Positions 9,801 through 17,000 of a stretch of 17,000 nt of DNA are shown here, piece after piece (the first letter of the stretch is position 1; the number at the start of each line of letters is the position of its first letter). Origin of the DNA: Takakia lepidozioides. Taxonomy: Eukaryota; Plantae; Bryophyta. The position numbers were made by a program, and so were the translations under genes. The DNA is taken from the NCBI GenBank assembly GCA_030704615.1, contig JAKLZA010000236.1, positions 1 to 17,000 of the forward strand. Reading direction: 5' to 3'. The notes under the pieces were generated by a model that saw only the letters and a program-made list of their open reading frames with translations, had not been told where the DNA came from and made no database searches.

Positions 9801-11985
9801 GAGTCTGGCGTTATTGTTGACGAGTCTGAGAAAGATCTGCACGCCTTGGCAGAGAGAGAGAGGAAAGACGTGTCCTGCTGGGCCAAAGTCGGCAAAGGAA
9901 TCTGCTGCTCTGGAAGAATCCAGAAAGGCAGCTGAGATGGCACAAAGACGGTGGATGCAGCTGTGCAGGCCCAACAGAAGGGGTCGAAGAAGAGGACTCG
10001 CCAGCAGGAGCAGCTGTTGTGACACCGCCAAAACGAAGAAGCAGAAACAGCCTGTTCAGGAAGAGGGTGAGGAAGAGGACTCCGATGGAGACTTTGCAAC
10101 CAGCCCACCCCCCCAAACGCAGGCTGCCTCCCCTGTGCCCACCGTTGTCACGAGAGGCACGAGAACTGGCTCGGCAAAGAAGGCACTCTTCAACCCCCAG
10201 GGGGCACCCTTTCGAGCCGGTGGAAATGAAGAGGCCGAAAGTGGCTCCCGAAACAGTAGTCCAGTGTGTAAAATGAGAGTTTCTTGGCGGCTTTGGATGG
10301 ACGGGCAGCCAAGTTGGCATACATGAAGACCATGGAGGGTCTGAAGGGCAGAGCACTGAAGAAGGCGACTGCCGAAGAGCCTTCCGACACCCCAGGATTT
10401 CAGAATATGGTCTCGTTCTTTGAGAGGGTGTGTGCAGACAAGGATTGTAGGAGGGGCGGAAATGCCACCGAGTGGTCTTGCGATATGATCATCTTGGATA
10501 TTCCGGACGGAGAGCCTGTGGAAGGACTGCAAGCTTTGCCATCTTGGAACAGGTACTCGGAGGACTTTTGGAAGAAAGGATTCGGGCTTGCCCGCATGGT
10601 GTTGGACGACAGAGGCTGTGTGGTTGTCCTGGCGAGCAGAGGAAAAAACACTCAGACAGGAATTGCGAAGTGGACCCGCAAGAGCGCCGTCCCGATTCTG
10701 AAAAAGAAGTGGACGTGCATCAACACACTGGGCCTTCGGTCGGAAGGGAAGAAGGTGATTACGACACTGGCACTCGTCCATTCATTTGCTTGGGTGTTTT
10801 CAAATGCGGTGCCGCATTCGGTTTCTAATCGTTTTCCCCCTGTGTATGCAGACGAAGCAGTTCGATGCATACTGCTTTGTGAAGGAGAACTCCACCTTTG
10901 CTTTCCGGAAGGAGGGAGGAAAGGTTGACCCGAACTGCGACCCACTCGATTACGACGTTCTGTTCAACAACGTTCCCAGGAACTTCTCCCTCATAGCCTC
11001 ACTTCAACGGAACCCCTGCGGTACTCACGGACTCGGAGCCCTGCCTTCATTCAGACAATTATGGAGACATGCACAGACGTGGAGGGCACAGTGCTCGACC
11101 TCATCTGTGGGACAGGTATGCAGAATCTTGATCTATGCTGTTCTGCAAATTCTCGTTAGGATGTAGTTCGCAACATCTGAAGCGCCATGTGGTAATGTGT
11201 GGATGGCATTGTAACAGGTGCCTCAATGTGGGCTGGGCGGTTTTCCGACCGGCACCTCTTTGCCTACGAGGAGGATTCATCCGTGTGGGGATCCCATCTG
11301 GAGGGCTGCAACGGAATGTAAGGCTCCCGACAGAGCGGAAGTCTCCTCGGATTCGTCGGAGTCCGAGGAAGACACAGTGGACATTGATGCGGAGGAGAAC
11401 CCGGAATACGAGTGAGTGCAAACATTGTAAGTTTGCAAAGCCTTCTGGGTCATTTATGTCAAACGAATTTCCCGACTGTGGTTCTCATTAGTCTCGTTGA
11501 TGATTGTCATGTGCAGGATTGCAGGGTCCGGGTCGAAACATGTAGGGCCTACACTTCCTGCCAGGAAGAATGTCCCGTTCTTTGCGAGGGCCGACTTCAT
11601 GACGAGCCCGGTGAGGGACTACTCCCTTCCTAGTTATGCAGCTAAACTCGCAAATACAGCGATTAGAAGAAGTGAGAATCCCAGTAAAGTAGAGCAGATT
11701 TTGGAGAGGGCTAGGGAGGACAGAAGGATAAGGAAAGAGTTGGCAGCAGCTCAGACAGGTAGACGGGTACGAAAGTACATATGTGATTCAGCGGATGAGA
11801 GCGACGCAGACAGGGAGGAAGACGACCCAACGGAGGTGAGATGGACAGTTCCGCAAGGGGAAGATGGGATTTTCGAAAGCCTGGCCAACGAGCAGTCCGC
11901 TGGAGATGAGAAAGGCACTGAGGGGGTGGAGGCGGAGCAGGACAGTCTAGAACAGGATGAGGATTCGGATGATTTTCAAGATTAA
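6857..11985 (+). CDS. Multi-exon cargo gene: low-complexity N-terminus, ParB/Srx-like domain, helical linker, beta-class N4C/N6A DNA methyltransferase-like domain, acidic tail (frameshifted in this sequence)
   Basis: Predicted GT-AG introns, each frame-consistent with its flanking exons: 6939-7063, 8289-8400, 8591-8690, 8976-9028 (short, less sure), 9176-9258, 9477-9622, 10755-10851, 11116-11217, 11412-11516. Stop TAA at 11983-11985. Frameshifts near 7365, 7890, 8066, 9866, 10200-10275, 10975 and 11310. Confidence 0.8.
7850..8288 (+). other. ParB/Sulfiredoxin-like domain
   Basis: After repairing two 1-bp shifts: LRIPLCRMVSLPIVRQALPGDVDKLKFAFREGYRLGSAAFYVS...KMFFVWDGNHRLLAW...VECVIL. DGNHR at 8137-8151 matches the ParB/Srx (I/V)DGxHR signature. 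Confidence 0.8.
10470..11300 (+). other. Beta-class amino (N4-cytosine/N6-adenine) DNA methyltransferase-like domain
   Basis: Motif IV-like SCDMIILDIPDG (DIPD at 10497-10508, compare DLIxxDPPY), then ARMVLDDRGCVVV (compare RxLKxxGxxxx), then motif X/I/II RSPAFIQTIMETCTDVEGTVLDLICGT|GASMWAGRFSDRHLFAYEEDSSVW (compare VLDPFxGSGTT..AA...GR..IGxExD). Catalytic motif before SAM-binding motif gives beta order. Confidence 0.8.
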
Positions 11986-12119
11986 TAGAATTTTAATGAA
12001 GTCTCTGTAAATGTAAATTCTCTTCCAGAGTATAAAAGGAAATTCTGCCCGACATTCGTGACCCCTCTCCAGTGTGCATTCCAGCCACACAATCGCCCAA
12101 ACCACGACGCTCCCAAAAT

Positions 12120-12965
12120 CAGAAATGGGGCACCGCATTTCCAAAATTGGCAACTCTAAGAACCTCTTTTGGAAATGCGGCACCGCATTTCCAAAACAGG
12201 GGAGGGACTAAATTTTCCATTTCAATGTTGGCATAGTAAAAAGTAATCTGAATTGGAAATGCGGTGCCGCATTTCCAAAATTTCCTTTGTCCACACGCCA
12301 GTTTTGGCCTCTCCCGCTCATTGCATGGATGCCACCACGCTTACAGAGGTCGAACAAGGAGGTCGAACAAGGAGGTCGAGATGGCGGATTGGAAATGCGG
12401 TGCCGCATTTCATATTGGGGATGGTCGTTGTTCGAACTGCAGGCCCATCAGCAAAAATTGGCACCGCATTCCATTGTAAAAAAAAGTCGATGACGGACAT
12501 GGAAATGCGGCGCCGCATTTCCAGAACGGACATCGCAATTTGTCCATTTGCAGACCCTCTCTCGGAAATGCGGTAACGCATTCCATCGCGCTGGTCGGAA
12601 ATGTCACACTTTTCGAAGTGTTGGACGGAAATGCGGCACCGCATTCCCTTGTCCAAAAGAAGTTTCCATTGCCAAGCTGGAAATGCGTCGCCGCATTTGC
12701 AATGCCAACCTCGTTGTCTGTCAATTTATAGACCCGTGTTGGTATTTCGTGTACCTGGACGGAAATGATGCACCGCATTTCTTGTCCGACATGAAATGCG
12801 GGCCGCATTTCGATGTCCGACATGGAATGCATTTCATGCCGACATTGAAATCCGCATTTCGATGCCGACATGGAAATGCGGTGGCGCCGCATTTCGATGC
12901 CGACATGGAAATGCGGCGCATTTCGATGCCGACGAAATTGCCGTTTCAATGTTCCGACATGGCGT
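12120..12965. repeat. Second cluster (about 15 copies) of the GGAAATGCGGYRCCGCATTTCC palindrome, ending in short GATGCCGACATG-linked units
   Basis: Copies near 12122, 12171, 12255, 12391, 12501, 12564, 12627, 12679, 12761, 12793, 12823, 12847, 12872, 12907. Confidence 0.9.
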
Positions 12966-13149
12966 TACTCTGTATATTCTTGACACATGACTCACATAAC
13001 GGTTACTCTGCTATATTCATCCGGACAGACACATTGTAGAAATGAGACATCAAATTGTAAACAGTGGGCAATTCCGACAGTTATTCAACAGAATGAAACA
13101 CAATCATACAGAAGTGAGGTACGATGGGTTTATTGATCGGACACGATGT

Positions 13150-14700
13150 CTCACATTTACCAACTGCAGACAAAACTAAGCCCTTCCTCTTCTACATGGG
13201 CTTCACCAAGTCGACGGAACTTCGATACCCCTCAAAACAAGCTCATCACTGCTGCGGCACTCGAGGTAAACTGCAATTCGGTCGTTCTGCTGCCCTTGCT
13301 GGAGCCGACGACAATGTCATGTCCATCAATGATACCACCATCATACATTGACAAGGTCACTGTGGGCCTCATGTGCCCGTGCGATTCGTCTTCGCAACTC
13401 AGCCGAATGTCTCCATACACTGGAAGAGCGGAGTGATCTGCACGTATATAGTTTTCCCCGGTGCCGTCCTCCCTGGTCCACTGGCAGCAGTTCCAGCGCC
13501 AAAGCGAGGCCGTGCGTGATCTGTCGGCATCCCTTTCCAGCTTGGTTATCGAGGTCAACAATTTTTCAGGACCCACGGACCGCATTGACCCTCGCCCTCA
13601 CCTCGCTCAAAGCGGTAATAGCCCTCCAGATACTCCATTGCGCGCAAAGACTCTTGCTTGATTCCAGCAGCGTCTGTGAAAACAGAGAGCCAGACAATGA
13701 TGTCTCCTGATTCTGGTTTGAACATAGCATAATCGTGGCCATGATAAGGGCAGTCGGCTGGATTTCGGCGGCACGGCATCCTTGAAAAAGAGTAGCGGGT
13801 ACGCTCAATGACAGCAGCTCCCGGATGGAGGAGGAGCAGCGCGGTGGCTGGAAAAAGTTCAAGCTAACGCTGCATTCCTCACAAACACTCAGGGCACATT
13901 TAAATTTCCCCCCTACAGGATCCTGGACCGATGAAGATTGGCTGCTGCATGAATGTACCGTTTCAGTTTCCTACCCTGCCATGCAACTATGGGCAGTCAC
14001 TGCCAGGTGGGCCGATAGCCACTGGACACGACGAAGTCCATCCCCTCTTCGATGTAAATGCGGCGCCGATTTCCATCCGGGGGGATGGACTTCGGTGGCA
14101 GATCTCAACTATAACTGTTGATGAGAAAGATGTATGGCTTCATCCACCGCTGCCGTGATGAACACGTTCCACCTCCGTCGGTGGGTACGTGTGCCCAGAT
14201 GCTCCATTATTGGAGGCCGGACTGCTCTTCCGCTTCGCATCATTTCCAAAATCTAAGGGCTTCGTAGCTGTCCGCAAGGTCATCGGCATCCAAGTCGTCC
14301 TCAGGTCCTCATTTGCAAGGATGTGTGCTTCCGGAACCGGGACGACTGCCCATTTGGAGGCATCGATTATGCAATGTATTCGGCACATCGGGAGACATTG
14401 TTATCTGGTACACAGATTACACAGAAGATACTGGTTCGATTGTGGAAACATTGGTGGCTTTTGGAGTATATCGTAGGCCACGACGCCTTCGAGCGGGGGT
14501 GACGATCTTGGTCTTAGGAGTCCGTGGCTCTTCGCATCCTCGATTCCGATTTTCCCAGCTACGACGGTCCACCCATGCCGAAGAAGGCGCACTGCTATGC
14601 TGTTGCGGTGGAACTGCTGCCACTGGACGTGGGTGGACTCCATCGGAGAGACCCTTCTCCTCGAGGAGTGCGCTCCCTCTTCTCCATTGTATGGGGACAT
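13150..14700 (-). pseudogene. Fragmented, unidentified protein-coding region
   Basis: Overlapping minus-strand frames give protein-like pieces (PDGNRRRIYIEEGMDFVVSSGYRPTWQ; HPGAAVIERTRYSFSRMPCRRNPADCPYHGHDYAMFKPESGDIIVWLSVF; CCQWTREDGTGENYIRADHSALPVYGDIRLSC; VTLSMYDGGIIDGHDIVVG). No family recognised. Confidence 0.4.
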
Positions 14701-15349
14701 TCGCATTGGTGTGGCGACGAAACGTGAAGATCCAGATTCGATGGTGGTTTTATGAATTGAAGGGCAGAACAATTGTGGTGAAGGGCAGAACAATTGTGGT
14801 GAAGTCCATCGTTCCAGAATGCGTCATTGCTCATTTCGTTTGGGATGGGAGTGTGGGTGGATTTTGCAAGTGGCTGGTAGGCTGAAATGGGCCCCCCATT
14901 GTACAGAGCAGTACCACCCTACCATTCGCGAAACATTGCCTTTCAATATATAATTCTAAATAACATTGCCGAACCTCCTTCATCGGGAGGTCCTTCTCCC
15001 CCCTATGACCGTGGCACCCCTAAACCCTATTCCACACTTACCACACTTACGACTCTGCTCATGGCTCATGCCGCTCATGGCTCATGGCTCATGAAATAGC
15101 AGCCCCCCTTTAATGGCCAGGAACATCCTCCCCTAGGATCGAATCGCCTTACTTTCAACAACATTGCTTGCGACCGCTCATGATGCCCCCGCTTTTGGCA
15201 TCATCTTGAGCAAGGGTTCCCTGGAACCCTCTTTACTAGGAAGATAACCTTGAACCAACCGTGCGCTCCCAATCACTACAATGGGTCGCCTTGGAATGAT
15301 GGCCTGAGGTACAGGAACACGCCGAAGCCGCACTACGACTTCGTCCCGA

Positions 15350-15755
15350 TGTTACACGATATAGTACGTGAACGGAAGCCGTAGCTTCCGCGTTAGCCCG
15401 CACTACAAGGCAACCCCACTCGGTAGCGCAGTTATAGTACGCCGCACGCGCCAGGTGGCACTAGCAATAGCACGTGAACTCCCAAAGAAGGCGCAAGTTT
15501 CATTTGCCCCTTGGATAGGGGTCACCCGATTTCGGCACTACGCAAATACACCGATTACCCCAATTACCTCTCCCACTTTTATAAGCTAATCATGCATTCT
15601 ACACACTAGCCAACCATACCTGCTCAATCACCATTCCAAACAAAATAGGACGCACAACATTTGGAATCCATTTCATTTATAGCACGTTTTGTACAATACA
15701 AGTTTTTGCAATCGGATTCCTAAGCTAGCTAAGCCGGGCTAAGCATGCATTTCCA
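15350..15755 (-). mobile_element. Probable 3' LTR of the gypsy element (distal end uncertain, could extend to about 15,000)
   Basis: Begins TG after the PPT; TATAAAAG-like box on the minus strand near 15576-15583; candidate ...GTAACA end at 15350. The partner LTR is outside the window. Confidence 0.5.
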
Positions 15756-15767
15756 TTTCCTCCCCCC
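15756..15767 (-). other. Polypurine tract of the gypsy element
   Basis: Minus strand GGGGGGAGGAAA immediately after the chromodomain and followed by TG at 15755-15754. Confidence 0.75.
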
Positions 15768-15786
15768 GCTCCAGGTTGATGTCCCA

Positions 15787-17000
15787 TCAACGCTTCTTCC
15801 GCTTTTGAGGTCGCCCTTCGAAGCTGCAAAAGCTGCAACCCGCCTCGGATGCGTTTCCCATTTCTGAGGCACGCACCCAAGATGCCTCCACATGAATGAT
15901 AGCCCTTCCATTTGACGAGATAACTCCCGTTCTCGTTCCTCCTGAACCTCCTTGACTTAAGTATTGCCTCCACCTCTCGTACTCAGGTTCATTTTCATGA
16001 TCCACAGCATAGGTGACGGACGCAACACTTGATGCTGCCGATTCGGACGCTCTCATCTTTGAAGTAAGGCTTCAAAAGGAGACATGGAATACTGGGTGCA
16101 CTTTGCTGTTTGCCGCAGCTCCAATTCATACACATCCTCATTCATAACCTTCCGAATGCGAAAGGGTCCCGCATACGGAGGTACGAACTTCGAACTCACT
16201 TCCGGAGGTAGCCGTCGGAAATTCCTGATGTTAACCAGACCTCTGTGCCTGCCTCAAACTTCACTTCCCTCCGCTTCCGATTCGCCTGCCTTTCATACCG
16301 TTTCCGCTTTGGCAATATTGTACTTTGGCGAGCTTCAACAAACGCTCGCGTTCTTCCAGTACCCGCCCTACTTCCGGTTCCTCCACGTCCTGGGCGGCCC
16401 AACTTGTCGGCACCAGAGGTGCTTTTCCATAGACCAATACGAAAGGGGAAAATCCGTTGGCGGAGTGTTCTGTGTTATTATAAACAAACTCTGCCGCGTC
16501 TAAGTGTTCCATCCAGTCTGATTGGTCTTCCGACACGTAATTCCGCAAGAATTGCTTTCACTACGGAATTCACTCTTTCCGTTTGGCCGTCCATCGTAGG
16601 TTGGAAGCGGTGCTCATCTTCAGCAGCCTCGTCCCATCTTCTCTTCCAAAGTGCTCTCCAGAATTTACTCGTAAACTTTGGATCGCGGTCCGAGAGACAA
16701 TATCCTTCGGGACTCCATGATGCTTTAAGACGTGGGCGAAGTAAAGTCGCCCTGTCTCCTGCGCCGTTGCCGTCTCCTTGGTGGGGATGAAATGGCCCAT
16801 TTTACTGAACCTATCCACCACCACCATGATTGCATCGAATCCTTTTGACAGCGGCATAGCAGTCATGAAATCCATCGAGACGCTTTCCCAAGTCCCCTCT
16901 GGAATCGGCAAGGGTTGTAACAGCCCCGCTTGCTTTTTGTACTCGCTCCGGTTTTGTTGGCATGTGGTGCATGTCTTGACATACTCCTCTGCCTCCTCCC
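15787..17000 (-). pseudogene. pol: Ty3/gypsy chromovirus pol 3' end: integrase (end of Zn finger, DDE core, GPY/F) plus chromodomain, frameshifted; continues beyond the right edge
   Basis: YVKTCTTCQQN...GLLQPLPIPEGTWESVSMDFMT...DAIMVVVDRFSKMGHFIP...HGVPKDIVS(DRDPKFTSKFW)...DGQTERVN...AEFVYNN...FSPFVLVYG...YAGPFRI...HPVFHVSLLKPY...EYEVEAILKSR...YLVKWKGY...SWV. Confidence 0.95.

Larger units (their letters stand above)
1..12965. mobile_element. Large Mutator/MULE-like DNA transposon with divergent transposase and ParB-methyltransferase cargo gene; boundaries not resolved, may extend beyond the left edge and to about 15,000 on the right
   Basis: MULE-type transposase on the minus strand. The same 22-bp palindrome occurs left of the transposase (494-515, half copy at 35-46), between the genes, in cargo-gene introns and downstream of the cargo gene, tying the region together. 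No TIR/TSD identified. Confidence 0.7.

Noticed and set aside
6857-11985. Bacterial or phage contamination (ParB plus restriction-modification methylase)
   Set aside because: Multiple frame-restoring GT-AG introns, eukaryote-style low-complexity regions and an adjacent chromovirus indicate a nuclear eukaryotic locus.
14759-14803. Tandem duplication of about 21 bp (GAAGGGCAGAACAATTGTGGT x2)
   Set aside because: Simple local duplication with no evident function.
15017-15030. Telomeric repeat (CCCTAAACCCTA)
   Set aside because: Fewer than two units; at most a telo-box-like motif, not an array.

Overview
Eukaryotic, intron-containing DNA, probably from a non-seed land plant (low-confidence inference from the style of the chromovirus integrase). 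Most of the window (about 1-13,000) looks like one large Mutator/MULE-like DNA transposon carrying two divergently transcribed genes. (1) A minus-strand transposase with a GCM-like zinc DNA-binding domain, a MULE-type D-D-(CxxH)-E core and a C-terminal SWIM finger. (2) A plus-strand, 9-exon cargo gene encoding a ParB/Srx-like domain (VWDGNHR) fused to a beta-class N4C/N6A DNA amino-methyltransferase fold (DMIILDIPD ... VLDLICGTG|ASMWAGRFSDRHLFAYEED, motif I split by an intron). The non-coding DNA is saturated with one 22-bp palindrome, GGAAATGCGGYRCCGCATTTCC: about 30 copies at roughly 52-53 bp spacing between the two genes, about 15 copies downstream of the MTase gene, and single copies in three introns. 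Its half-site (ATGCGG) resembles the known GCM binding motif. To the right lie a broken, unidentified minus-strand reading frame (about 13,150-14,700) and the 3' end of a Ty3/gypsy chromovirus (integrase, chromodomain, PPT, probable 3' LTR). All genes carry several frameshifts, which may be sequencing or assembly errors rather than decay. Element termini (TIR/TSD) were not found in the window. All domain calls are by-eye motif recognition; no database searches were run.
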